Shown: positions 16,955 to 27,235 of the stretch, in pieces
Numbering within the stretch: position 1 is the first letter of the stretch
How the letters are laid out: every line of letters starts with the position of its first letter
DNA from: a virus
Strand: one strand, 5' to 3'
Virus record (IMG/VR): IMGVR_UViG_3300032323_001387
Coordinates: 1 to 64,000 of that record
Length of the DNA stretch: 64,000 bases
Notes under the pieces: model-generated
What the model was told of the DNA's origin: nothing
What the model saw: only the letters and a program-made list of their open reading frames with translations
Databases searched by the model: none
Made by a program: the position numbers and the translations under genes

Positions 16955-18339
16955 GGCAAGATTCCTAATTCTTTGACTCTGTATAGAAATTTATCCGGAT
17001 TGGCATAGATCTGTCTGGGAGTTTCGTTTCTCCAATTTACTCTGTGACCGGGTCTGTTCTGATATAATTGAAATGTATCCATACCAAAAGCGGCAAATAT
17101 ATCGAGTATATCTCGCTCTAGTCTATATCTAGATGTTGCACTGAATAACCATGCAGTGTTTTGATAGTGTAATATATTAGTTAAATGTATATATGTTTTT
17201 TCGTCCTTGTGTCTGGAAGCAAGTCTATTCTTAACTTGATGCACATCAAACAAATTACAAGACACATATAAAATATCCAAATGTGGCCATACATTTATAA
17301 TAAAATCTTCCAAGCCTTGAGGCATCATTTCATTTATAATCTGTTGCATCCTGTCCAAATTTCTATCAGCTTTGACCATTGGATGAAGTTTCAATTCATC
17401 AAACAAACTATTAAAAGTTGTTTTGAAATCCTTATAATCGCAATTGATTTCTCGCAAGCGTCTTTGTATAGCCAATGACAGTGGACTAAAATCAAAAACA
17501 GTTAGTTTTCCCCCGGGCTTTAGGCCCGCAGTATAAGCAGTTAATAACGGAGTAATTCCGCCAGCAGTACAAATAACTCCTTGTATATCTGTATCTAACA
17601 ATTTATCAGGCGGAGTTTCAGTGTTAGCAGCGAAATGCCCATGACCCTGCAGACTTTCTAGTATGTCTGAAATCTTAGAGTGAAATTCTCCAGTCACTTC
17701 GGGATATATGTAATACTTACTTTCCCGAATTTTTTCATCAAAACTTATTACCTTTGCATTTGACAGTAACGCTGCATTGATTATGTTCCAGCCAAAACGC
17801 CTGCCCGTATAATTCATTGTCTCGACTCCGGGGGCTATCCAATGTGGAGTATAATGATCATGCCAATTTTCTTCACTGCGTATAGGCTTATTTGTGGTCC
17901 AAGCAACGTTGAATTCTTCTTTGCCCATGTCAGGTCTGCCATTGTTGCGCCACCAATCCATATTAATTATAAAACATTGGTGATGTAGTTCATAAAATTT
18001 ATCGCCTTTATCAAGGATGTGACCAGCTACAGCAAAGTCTGGATTCTTTTCTATAAACGCAGGGAGTTCATGATGTAGATTATTACGTTTACTAAGATTA
18101 GTTCCAATTGCCGCCACCATTAGATATTTTAATCCAGCAGTGTCTGCCCAATTCAGTATATCATTGACATTTTTGTTGCAGGTTGTTTTCAAATAAAAAT
18201 TTTCATTTTCTTGCACCCAGTACTCTGTTATATTTTTAGACATTGCTAGCGCCGTAGTGTCTTTGATCTTGTCAGTGATATCTAGCCAAGCAATACCAAA
18301 ACCAATATTAGTCAAATATTTGTAATCATAATAAGCCAT
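16939..18339 (-). CDS. Hypothetical two-domain protein (possible transferase)
   Basis: 466 aa in the operon. C-half has a weak Rossmann-like pattern (ICTAGG..TVFDFS). Confidence 0.55.
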   Translation of the reverse strand: MAYYDYKYLTNIGFGIAWLDITDKIKDTTALAMSKNITEYWVQENENFYLKTTCNKNVNDILNWADTAGLKYLMVAAIGTNLSKRNNLHHELPAFIEKNPDFAVAGHILDKGDKFYELHHQCFIINMDWWRNNGRPDMGKEEFNVAWTTNKPIRSEENWHDHYTPHWIAPGVETMNYTGRRFGWNIINAALLSNAKVISFDEKIRESKYYIYPEVTGEFHSKISDILESLQGHGHFAANTETPPDKLLDTDIQGVICTAGGITPLLTAYTAGLKPGGKLTVFDFSPLSLAIQRRLREINCDYKDFKTTFNSLFDELKLHPMVKADRNLDRMQQIINEMMPQGLEDFIINVWPHLDILYVSCNLFDVHQVKNRLASRHKDEKTYIHLTNILHYQNTAWLFSATSRYRLERDILDIFAAFGMDTFQLYQNRPGHRVNWRNETPRQIYANPDKFLYRVKELGILPWITE

Positions 18340-18342
18340 TAA

Positions 18343-19653
18343 TTATGTTCCTATAAACTTTTCTTTTCTTTTCGCATCCAGTGTATCATTAAACTTTTGA
18401 AACTTTTCGAAATTAACATCATATTTATTAGTAGAAATGCATTCGTCTATCCAATTGATTGCATCCATAATATGGCGTTTGTTATTGATTTCTCGTATAG
18501 TAGTTTCTTCCATTACTCCTAATCTTGCAACTAGTTTTGCTTTTGCTGCTTCTAATCTTTCGACTGGTAGTACGTTGGCGTGTAAAAAACTAGGCCACTG
18601 CAAACGACTGGTATGCCACATAATATCAAAATCACGATCTATAGCATCAAATGTTTCAACTAGATATTCTATGTTAAGCGCAGATATACAAGTACTTGCC
18701 TTTATATAATCTAATTTGTCACCCAAAGATTCTTTGGTTTGTTTTATGTTTTCTTTTATATCTTCCCATACAGACCCGTGCCTAATGTATGCGTTAAGTT
18801 CATCGTAACCATCTATACTGATTGTTAAGCGTATTGCTTTAAACTTCTTCCATAGATCTAATACGTTACGGCCTTTCTTTGCTTCTAAGTCGGTTAAGTT
18901 TGTGCTATACTTCAGAATAACATCACTGGGATCTTTGATGCGATCCAACATATTATAATGCAAAGGATCCATCAATGGTTCGCCGCCGGCAAATTCAAAT
19001 TCCTTAATTTCATCGATTATCTCATATAAATCGCGTACAAACTTATTGTGTGTTTCGTATAAGTTTAATATTGGTTTTCGACGCATGTCGTTACTGTCAA
19101 TGATACCATTGATGTATTCTTGTTCGCCAGGTTCATATATTTCTTTAACATCGTCCCAATCTTTTAGCCACGGCGTACTATCCTTGGGCCAGCACATTCT
19201 ACATTTTAAATTGCAGAGATTGCTTAATTTAAACTCAACAATGGGAATACTCCAAGGCACTAGTTCTGTGCGATTCCATTCATCAACTATATGGGCATAT
19301 TGTTCTGTACGTTCGTAATTCTGACTCTGTCTAAGACTGGTGATACCTTTGTCTTCCATTTTCCAACAAGCGTTGCAGTGTGTATCTCTAACTCCTGTTG
19401 CTAGATTATTTCTGACTGTTTTATATTTTCTATGATTCCATAAATCACGCAATGGAATATTTTTGATATCCCACACCTTGGTACTTCTACAGCACAATCT
19501 GAAGTCGCCATTTGTTGTTGTACTTGTATGTATAAACGGCATTATACAAAATGTTTTATCGTCTACAGTAAAGCCGTACTTCTCTTTAAATAGCTCACTG
19601 GGTTTATAATTTTTCAGGTGCTTTTTACCTAATCCCTCGTTACTCATTGCCAA
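18343..19653 (-). CDS. N-terminal-twitch radical SAM protein
   Basis: CIMPF..LCC..CNAC, CNLKCRMC, GGEP. Confidence 0.92.
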   Translation of the reverse strand: MAMSNEGLGKKHLKNYKPSELFKEKYGFTVDDKTFCIMPFIHTSTTTNGDFRLCCRSTKVWDIKNIPLRDLWNHRKYKTVRNNLATGVRDTHCNACWKMEDKGITSLRQSQNYERTEQYAHIVDEWNRTELVPWSIPIVEFKLSNLCNLKCRMCWPKDSTPWLKDWDDVKEIYEPGEQEYINGIIDSNDMRRKPILNLYETHNKFVRDLYEIIDEIKEFEFAGGEPLMDPLHYNMLDRIKDPSDVILKYSTNLTDLEAKKGRNVLDLWKKFKAIRLTISIDGYDELNAYIRHGSVWEDIKENIKQTKESLGDKLDYIKASTCISALNIEYLVETFDAIDRDFDIMWHTSRLQWPSFLHANVLPVERLEAAKAKLVARLGVMEETTIREINNKRHIMDAINWIDECISTNKYDVNFEKFQKFNDTLDAKRKEKFIGT

Positions 19654-19978
19654 TCCTTAATTTCTTAATATTATTTAATTCTGCTTTACTTAGTTGTATG
19701 TCCGCGGCGCAAGTGCAATTTTCTTTAGTGCAAATAATAGGGTCCGTGGGCACAGAAAATCCAGTGTGTATATCTCCTAACTTGCCGCCTACTTTGCATA
19801 TAGCACGCCATACATTGCCATCATTATCTATGGTTAAATTTTGAACGCCGGCCCAACACATCCAACCTTTGAACTTGTTAGTTTCATTGGCCAGCAAATC
19901 ATTGACATTGCTTTCTTCGCTGGTACCATCTTCATAATGCACCACTATATTTGCCCAATTAGTTACTTTGCTTGTCAT
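19640..19978 (-). CDS. Stand-alone twitch domain (C-terminal half of a split rSAM)
   Basis: FKGWMCWAG...C...CTKENCTCAAD matches the C-terminus of 12929-13885. Confidence 0.8.
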   Translation of the reverse strand: MTSKVTNWANIVVHYEDGTSEESNVNDLLANETNKFKGWMCWAGVQNLTIDNDGNVWRAICKVGGKLGDIHTGFSVPTDPIICTKENCTCAADIQLSKAELNNIKKLRIGNE

Positions 19979-20676
19979 TTTTTCTTGTTTAACATAAAAT
20001 CAAGTTCTTCTTGAGTGTAGTAATCGTCTTTGCATTTGCCATGCGATGTTTTCAATCCACTCAATCCTGGCACTGCCCAAGTTTTTGTTTCGGGATCTAA
20101 TCTAGGTCTGATTCTTCTTATCACCCAGTGTACATCATTTTCATTCATGATGTCAATGATTTCATTGGCCTCTGCCATTTTACCTGGAAGATACATCAAA
20201 TGTGTGTGCAGATTTTGATTCTTACGTTCTTTAACAAGTTTATTTAACTCCACGATAGTGTTAATAATTTTATCATGATATGCAAATTCAAAATGATAAC
20301 TGAATATATAATAGTTAATATATGGCAGACTCTCTATGTATTTTTTAAGAGGCACACTGCCATTGGTTGTCACGCTAATTTTATTAATACCGTTGTCTTT
20401 GATTATTTTAAGGATATCAATGATCTTTGGGTGCACAAATGGTTCACCACCCGTTAGGCTTATCCTGCATTCCTTGCCCTGTGATCTAGCAACATCTGCA
20501 ATCTGTTTTACTGTTTTCTCGATGACATCTAGACTTAGATGTGCACTTTCTCTATCATGAATATCACTGCCGCAATAGCTACAATCATAGTTGCAGCGCC
20601 TGCCTAGATTCCATTCTATGCGTAGCCATTTATCTTTGGGCGCATAGTTATCTTCTACTGCTACAAGTTTATTCAT
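19975..20676 (-). CDS. Radical SAM core (N-terminal half of a split rSAM)
   Basis: WNLGRRCNYDCSYC, TGGEP, TTNG, FSYH. Confidence 0.88.
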   Translation of the reverse strand: MNKLVAVEDNYAPKDKWLRIEWNLGRRCNYDCSYCGSDIHDRESAHLSLDVIEKTVKQIADVARSQGKECRISLTGGEPFVHPKIIDILKIIKDNGINKISVTTNGSVPLKKYIESLPYINYYIFSYHFEFAYHDKIINTIVELNKLVKERKNQNLHTHLMYLPGKMAEANEIIDIMNENDVHWVIRRIRPRLDPETKTWAVPGLSGLKTSHGKCKDDYYTQEELDFMLNKKK

Positions 20677-23218
20677 TCCAGTAGCCCTTGAATTCTGGAA
20701 CTACATCCAATATGCTTTCGCCACGCAACTTATCAACTTCGTCAGTAAAGTGTTTGAAAGTATTCCAATGCGTTTCATGAATTCTATTAGATTCAAGGCT
20801 GCGAATTAATACCGCAAAATCTGGTATTCCATGTAATTGATTAACAGCTTGTGTCCTTAGTGCAGGAGGTAATACCATTGGACTTAGATACATTGGATCA
20901 TTACAAATAGTAGTAAAAGCATCAACATTACTGACGTTTTTATATTTTTTACTCCACTCTGCAAGTTGATTGTATAGCTCTCTAAGGTTTAATAAATTAT
21001 AACCTTGTATAGTAACATTAAATCCGATTTGTATGCCTGGTAGTTCATTATACATAGCCATAGTTTCTTCTAACTGTTCTATTGTATATTTTCCTCCACG
21101 TATATAACTATATAAATTTCCCGTGCCTTCTATACTAAACATCATACGAACTTTATTAAATTTTTGTAATGTTGAAAGAATTTTCGGATTGACTACCGTT
21201 CCATTTGTTGTATACTGTAATGTTACATATCTATTTCTACCCTGTCTAATTAATTCTTCTAAAAATTCTACATGGTTTTTAGCCAACATTGGCTCACCGC
21301 CTTTGAAGTCTATTCTACGTAATTTGGTAGTATGTGGTAATAATTCGATTAGATCATTTAGTTCGTGTTGAACTATCTTTTGTCTTTCTGGATTATTCTC
21401 TTTCTTAAAAGCAGGATTAATCTTAGACAATGCAACATCTTCTTCGAACCATTGATTGCTGGCCCAGGAACCACACATACGGCATTTTAAATTGCATACG
21501 TTACTTAAATTTATATCCATTTGTGTCCAGCCTAAATTTTTCTTAGTTACTGGAAGCGTGTAATCCTTATTTACAGGAAGAAACTCTTCGAATTTTTCCT
21601 TGAACCAAATCCTTCTGCTTTTTCCTATTTGGTTTTCTCTTTCCCAACAGCTACTACAGCCAGCCGGTCTTTCATTTCTTAAAAAGGATTCGCGTAGCTC
21701 TATAATTTTTGGGCTTTCAATATATTGACTTACTATGCTATCTTTAGAAGCAGAGCCAATGGAACCGTGCCACTGGCAGCAAGGTTTGATATTCCCGTTA
21801 GCAGTCACTGCAAGACCGTGCCACGGCATATAACAGAAGTTATCCTGTTTACTTACTGTATATTCATCGAAAAAAGGTTTGAAACTTTGATATATTTCAG
21901 GAGCAACTTGTTTAAGAGTTACTCCTCTTATGTCATCAAGTTCTACAGTGTACTTTACAAACTCCTTAGGGCCTTGTTTGGCATCTCCGACTATACTTAC
22001 GGGTTTTTCTATTAATCCTTCAACTAGCTTTTTAATGTCTTTAAGATATCTATGCTCAGTAATAGGCATAACTCCGTTGACTTCCCTGAAGAAATCATAA
22101 GTGTCGAATAGATAATTGATTTGTTCCAAACATTTTTTTAATGTTGTTTGATCTAACCACTGAACGTGCATAGTTTTGGGACCAACTAAAATTCTATGTT
22201 CTAGACTATGTCTGTTCTTGCTAGTGTTTACCGGACGTTGTTTATCCCATCCATAAAATTTAATTATCCACTCAATAAAGTCTTTGATATTCAGTGCGTT
22301 AATAGACATGAATGTTCCATTCATGTTCATTTTATAAACGCCGGTTCTCGGCTTGTCGCACCAGTCTCTGATCAATTCGGCTTTTTTAGTAATGCCTTGC
22401 CAATCAATGATGCCGGCACTTCTAATGTAACTAAACAAGTCGCCAGTAGCATCTAAACTAAGGTTGATGTTTACATACTTAAAACCTTCAAGGGCTTCTA
22501 AATGTTCTTCTGTAATGACGCTACCATTGGTAGTGATCATTAATTCAATTTGTCTATCTAGGCCAGCTGCTCGTAGCATGCCTAAAAATTCCATGAATTG
22601 AGGAACAAGGAATGGTTCTCCGCCAAGTATCTCTACTCTACGCAAGTCCTTGCCATTGTCTACTAATTCTTGTAATTGCTCTGTGGACAATGTGTGTTTT
22701 GTTCTATCAAACATAGAACTGGTTCTAACATAAGGACTTCCAGCGCCGCCAGCTGCAAAGCCACGTTTTTTAAGTTTTTCCTCGTCGCCAATCCATGCAT
22801 TGCTATATGCACTACTACACATCCTGCATTTGAAGTTGCACAAGTTATTGAATGCAATATCTAAGTGAACTAGTTTGTTGCCTGTTAAATTATTATCCCA
22901 ATCAATGTCAGCCCAGCGATCATCAATTACATCTAAGTTTTGCCAATGAGTACGTTTACTGGTTACATTTCTAGATTCTTTACTTTGACAATTCTGACAA
23001 CCATGTGTCCATTCTCCCGCACGTTGAGCTTTTCTCAGGTCCTGGAATGCCTGATTGTCCCACTGTTTGATAATAGAACCATTATTAACATCTCCCATTT
23101 CTGTTTCGCTCATGTGGCAACGAACCATTTTACCAGTGGCATGTATCGCAATGCTACTAACAGGTAGCATACATATAGTAGGGCTTAGTTGTTTATTTTT
23201 ATCGCCTTGTTCACTCAT
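20669..23218 (-). CDS. Tandem double N-twitch radical SAM protein
   Basis: Two complete units: CMLP..CQNC/CNFKCRMC and CYMPW..CSSC/CNLKCRMC, each with GGEP and a D..R..PE end motif. Confidence 0.9.
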   Translation of the reverse strand: MSEQGDKNKQLSPTICMLPVSSIAIHATGKMVRCHMSETEMGDVNNGSIIKQWDNQAFQDLRKAQRAGEWTHGCQNCQSKESRNVTSKRTHWQNLDVIDDRWADIDWDNNLTGNKLVHLDIAFNNLCNFKCRMCSSAYSNAWIGDEEKLKKRGFAAGGAGSPYVRTSSMFDRTKHTLSTEQLQELVDNGKDLRRVEILGGEPFLVPQFMEFLGMLRAAGLDRQIELMITTNGSVITEEHLEALEGFKYVNINLSLDATGDLFSYIRSAGIIDWQGITKKAELIRDWCDKPRTGVYKMNMNGTFMSINALNIKDFIEWIIKFYGWDKQRPVNTSKNRHSLEHRILVGPKTMHVQWLDQTTLKKCLEQINYLFDTYDFFREVNGVMPITEHRYLKDIKKLVEGLIEKPVSIVGDAKQGPKEFVKYTVELDDIRGVTLKQVAPEIYQSFKPFFDEYTVSKQDNFCYMPWHGLAVTANGNIKPCCQWHGSIGSASKDSIVSQYIESPKIIELRESFLRNERPAGCSSCWERENQIGKSRRIWFKEKFEEFLPVNKDYTLPVTKKNLGWTQMDINLSNVCNLKCRMCGSWASNQWFEEDVALSKINPAFKKENNPERQKIVQHELNDLIELLPHTTKLRRIDFKGGEPMLAKNHVEFLEELIRQGRNRYVTLQYTTNGTVVNPKILSTLQKFNKVRMMFSIEGTGNLYSYIRGGKYTIEQLEETMAMYNELPGIQIGFNVTIQGYNLLNLRELYNQLAEWSKKYKNVSNVDAFTTICNDPMYLSPMVLPPALRTQAVNQLHGIPDFAVLIRSLESNRIHETHWNTFKHFTDEVDKLRGESILDVVPEFKGYWNE

Positions 23219-24497
23219 AATTTAATAGCCTCGCCATCTCTGGGAATGTTTTAACAAAACTTTCATTTCTTTTTCCATCAACGAACATAATCGTGTTTTT
23301 GCGTCTTTCGTCTATGCTTTCGCTCCAGTCGTCGATAAACATCATAAAGTTAATAATATTATCAACTTGCATTTTGAAATTATTATCAATAGTTGATCTG
23401 TTGTTTAATAAAATTTGCTTTATCTGTTCTTTGACGGATATATGCAGGGTTCTGACATTAGAATATCCTGCAGGAGTGGTTACATAATGAGGACTAAAAT
23501 ATTTTTCCAATCCAATTGATGCTAACTCTTTGACAAATTCATGAATAGTCGCAATGTTGTATATGCTTATTGTAGCATCAATCAATGATTCATAGTTGTG
23601 TTTAGAGAAGAAATATGGCAATTTTTCTTTAACATCTGCCCAGTTTGCGCCGCTACGCTGGTAGTTAAACTTATCGCCAAAATCGTCGATGCTTACACTC
23701 CAGAATATCTTTTTAAATCTAGACAGCAACTCTTCTTGTTCCGGAGTAGGAATTATTGTGCCATTGGTATTATACCAAATAATAATCTTGCTAGCATCGA
23801 ACTTTTCATCTAAGGCCTTAAGCATTTCATAGTGCTCTTCTATCATCAGTGGCTCACCGCCCATAAGATGTATTATCTTTATATCATCAAAGCCATCTAT
23901 ATTTTTCCAAAAGTCTACATTGTCTATCCACTTGGCTTGTTGATTATAAGCGAACTCTGGACTCTGTTTGAAATCAGGATAAGACTCTCGTGTAGTTTTT
24001 TGCAGCTCATAGGATTCTTTAAGCCACTTTGCACTATTCCATAAACCGCAAATTCTGCAGGCAAGATTACATCTATTTCCTGCTTTTATTTCCAGCCATA
24101 CTAATTTTTGACTGGGGGCAGCGCCTTCTATAATTTTCTTTACTTCGTGGTATACTTTTAACGATGAAGAATATACATATCTACCACTGAATTTGTCATT
24201 GTGATAATCTCCCCAGCATGGCTTGCAAGAAGGGTGTTGTTCATTGTTCAGAAAGGACTGTCTAAATTTAATATGTGTTGGATGATTTATAATGTCAATA
24301 ATAGGCCGGCCGTTTGAATTAAATGTCGTACCATCATCATTTTTTAATGGGTCGCCTAGACAACAGGGCCTCACGTCACCATTAGATTCTATAGCAACGT
24401 GGTGAAAAGGCATTACACAAAAATTATTTGTGCTTAACCAATCGAATATTTTATTTTTTTCTGCGTCAGTTATAGTAACTGATCTGGAATTACTCAT
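23211..24497 (-). CDS. N-terminal-twitch radical SAM protein
   Basis: CVMPF..PCC..CKPC, CNLACRIC, GGEP. Confidence 0.9.
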   Translation of the reverse strand: MSNSRSVTITDAEKNKIFDWLSTNNFCVMPFHHVAIESNGDVRPCCLGDPLKNDDGTTFNSNGRPIIDIINHPTHIKFRQSFLNNEQHPSCKPCWGDYHNDKFSGRYVYSSSLKVYHEVKKIIEGAAPSQKLVWLEIKAGNRCNLACRICGLWNSAKWLKESYELQKTTRESYPDFKQSPEFAYNQQAKWIDNVDFWKNIDGFDDIKIIHLMGGEPLMIEEHYEMLKALDEKFDASKIIIWYNTNGTIIPTPEQEELLSRFKKIFWSVSIDDFGDKFNYQRSGANWADVKEKLPYFFSKHNYESLIDATISIYNIATIHEFVKELASIGLEKYFSPHYVTTPAGYSNVRTLHISVKEQIKQILLNNRSTIDNNFKMQVDNIINFMMFIDDWSESIDERRKNTIMFVDGKRNESFVKTFPEMARLLNYE

Positions 24498-25977
24498 TGA
24501 ATATATCTTTCATTTCAGGAAATGTTTCATAAAAACTTGTACCCCTGTGTGCATCGATTTTTTCTAAATAATCTTTCATCTCAGGCAGACGTACACTCCA
24601 GTCTTCGCTTTGCATAAATCTAATCAATCCACGCAAACGTTTGATGCCATAATCATTCATAATGAATACATCCCGACTTACTTCTTCGCCTGGACGAACT
24701 CCGTTCATGTAATTATCAGTCCACCATGGGATTAATTCTTCTTCAATTTTACGAGCAACTTCATCTTTAAACTTCTTAGGCAAAACTTTGACATTTAAGA
24801 AAGCAGGCCAGTATACAAAGTGGAAGTTGATACCACCAGCACCTAAAGGCCACATATTAATCTTTTTAAAGTTTTGTGTCATTTTCCATTTAATGAATTC
24901 TGGCAGGTAATAAATGTTCAATGCATTAACTGCACAGGCCACTGTAACTTCTACGTTATCAGTTGTCTGTGTGTCTAGTATATGAAAGACTTCTTCTGTG
25001 CGTTTCCAATCGCTGGGATAACGAATATATTCGTTATGCTTACCAAATGCATCTACGCTATAATGGAAACGAACAAGTTTGAAGTGGCTCCATAGTTCAA
25101 ATAAATCTTCTCTCCACTCTATGCCATTACTATTATAACGTATTTCCATGTCTTTAGCAACACCTTGACGTATACATTCTTCCAATATATCATAGTGTTC
25201 TTCAATGATCAATGCTTCGCCGCCGGCAAAGTATAATTGTTTCATATGCGGGATCTGTTGATAGAATTGCTCCCAGAACACAGGATTGTTCTTATGCCAA
25301 TTATAACTACTACCATTGGTGCTGCCTTTATTTTCCCAGTTCCAAATTTCTTTTACTTTATCATTTTCAATCTTAGGGTAGACTGCTTGCCAGTCTTTGA
25401 TCCAACCGCTGCTGTCATGGGGACTGCACATGATACAAGCAAGTTGACATTTTGTACCAAAACGCAGATCAATGTATCTTAATTTAGGAGGGATACTGCC
25501 ATCTTCATTTGTTTCTTGAATTAATTCGTCGATACTGACACGTTTACTCCAGTATTCAGTTTCCCACTGTCGTTTACTTCTATGGCCGGCTGCTTCTTCT
25601 TTGTAGCATTTTAAACAACTAGAAGGCTTTTCTCCCGCCATCATTTGTTTACGTACATTTTTCATATATGTACTATTCCAGCTTGACTCGAAGTCTGCAA
25701 CGTTTAAGTTATTGGGCCGGCCTTCTTCGTCTTTTAAAATTCCAATATTGCCACCATGTATCTTGTCATTGGTTGCACCTACACTACTGGCATTGGCTGT
25801 ACAACAAACACGCATTTGGCCATCCGGACGAGTGCTCAGGTGGATCCATGGTAATATACACCATGTTTTACTAACATTAAAATAATGCTTGGTTTTAAGG
25901 TTATAGTCTTTGTGCTTATTAATAAACTGTTGACTAATGTCTTTGCCGTTTTCGTCGAGTATAACTTTATCGTTCAT
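24490..25977 (-). CDS. N-terminal-twitch radical SAM protein
   Basis: CILPW..VCC..CLKC, CQLACIMC, AGGE. Confidence 0.9.
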   Translation of the reverse strand: MNDKVILDENGKDISQQFINKHKDYNLKTKHYFNVSKTWCILPWIHLSTRPDGQMRVCCTANASSVGATNDKIHGGNIGILKDEEGRPNNLNVADFESSWNSTYMKNVRKQMMAGEKPSSCLKCYKEEAAGHRSKRQWETEYWSKRVSIDELIQETNEDGSIPPKLRYIDLRFGTKCQLACIMCSPHDSSGWIKDWQAVYPKIENDKVKEIWNWENKGSTNGSSYNWHKNNPVFWEQFYQQIPHMKQLYFAGGEALIIEEHYDILEECIRQGVAKDMEIRYNSNGIEWREDLFELWSHFKLVRFHYSVDAFGKHNEYIRYPSDWKRTEEVFHILDTQTTDNVEVTVACAVNALNIYYLPEFIKWKMTQNFKKINMWPLGAGGINFHFVYWPAFLNVKVLPKKFKDEVARKIEEELIPWWTDNYMNGVRPGEEVSRDVFIMNDYGIKRLRGLIRFMQSEDWSVRLPEMKDYLEKIDAHRGTSFYETFPEMKDIFNE

Positions 25978-27235
25978 TTTTTAGTTTTTCATATAATTGC
26001 GGGAAGGTAGTCTTCCAGTCGGTGTTTCTAATAGAATCCAGTTTTGTCAGTATTTCGACACATTTGTCCACTTTAGCTGCATCACCATCTATATTTGTTT
26101 CCAAATAGTTTACTAGATGTGCCACTTGTTTTTTCTTTTTATCTGTGTCGGCCCAAGTATTGTAAACCTGTAATATGTCCAGCTTTACTTCTTTAGGCAA
26201 TATAGCAACATCAAAATAATCAGGGCTGCTTAATATTCTGACACTGGAATTGTGCTTATTAAATTGTTCAAAGTAGTCTAACAAATTTGGCGTCGTATAG
26301 GCGCTTAAAACTTGCCATGTTACAGTGAAGTCCATTTTAATATTAGACATTTCTTTACTAAGTGTTTCTACGTTCTTACTTATCTGTTGCCATCTAGCCG
26401 GATAGCGAATATATTCAAACTGATCACCGAAATCATCTATACTAATACGTAGCCAAACTTTTTTAAAATGTTTCCACAAATCCAATGCTCTTTTATGTAT
26501 AGCCGTCAAGTTTGTGTCATATTCCAAAGTGACTTCATGGGCTCGGCCGCTGTCAATGACTTTTTGTAAAAAATCGTAATGCGGTTCAATGAGCATAGGC
26601 TCGCCACCGACAAGATATACTTGTTTCAAATAGGGTATCTTTGCTTCTAGTCTGGCCCAAAACTCTGGATTATCCCACCAGTCATATTCACCGGCATCCT
26701 TGTATCTGCCATTGACGTCTTTTAAGTTAATTTTTGTACCACTGTCAGTGAATTTGGTTGTGCCGTTAATTAACACATAATCTTCGTACCATTGACTGCT
26801 GCTGGCAGGATGACACATTACGCATTTTAGATTACACAAATTACCAAAACGTAAATCCCAGTAACTTGGTTGCCAGTCTGTATTACCTTCTGCATCGGTG
26901 TGTTGTCTGGCGATCTCTTCATCAAATTCGCCAGTATACATCTTATTACTGACTGTTCGTCTGCTGCTTGCGCCCATGTCTTCCTTGACCCAACATGTAT
27001 TGCAATCACTATGACGTTCGCCATTTAGCATGGCTAATCTTATTTCTCTGGCCTTGTCTCCATTTTTAATAATGTCAAAATCATCTCGGCCCAAGTTATA
27101 AGGTCGGCCATTGTCATCTCTAATAGTGCCTTGTTGACTATCTTTGCTATTAGTCATCAGGCAACAAACTCTGGCAGTGCCTATAGGCTTTGCTGCCATT
27201 TGTACCCAGGGTATAACGCAGAATGATTTATTCAT
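25967..27235 (-). CDS. N-terminal-twitch radical SAM protein
   Basis: CVIPW..VCC..CNTC, CNLKCVMC, GGEP. Confidence 0.9.
   Translation of the reverse strand: MNKSFCVIPWVQMAAKPIGTARVCCLMTNSKDSQQGTIRDDNGRPYNLGRDDFDIIKNGDKAREIRLAMLNGERHSDCNTCWVKEDMGASSRRTVSNKMYTGEFDEEIARQHTDAEGNTDWQPSYWDLRFGNLCNLKCVMCHPASSSQWYEDYVLINGTTKFTDSGTKINLKDVNGRYKDAGEYDWWDNPEFWARLEAKIPYLKQVYLVGGEPMLIEPHYDFLQKVIDSGRAHEVTLEYDTNLTAIHKRALDLWKHFKKVWLRISIDDFGDQFEYIRYPARWQQISKNVETLSKEMSNIKMDFTVTWQVLSAYTTPNLLDYFEQFNKHNSSVRILSSPDYFDVAILPKEVKLDILQVYNTWADTDKKKKQVAHLVNYLETNIDGDAAKVDKCVEILTKLDSIRNTDWKTTFPQLYEKLKNER

Noticed and set aside
10790-20676. CNYxCxYC rSAMs as viperin, QueE or MoaA
   Set aside because: No viperin-type FCFH after the motif, and no QueC/QueD/FolE/DpdA or MoaC in the window. 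Similarity is limited to the generic rSAM core.
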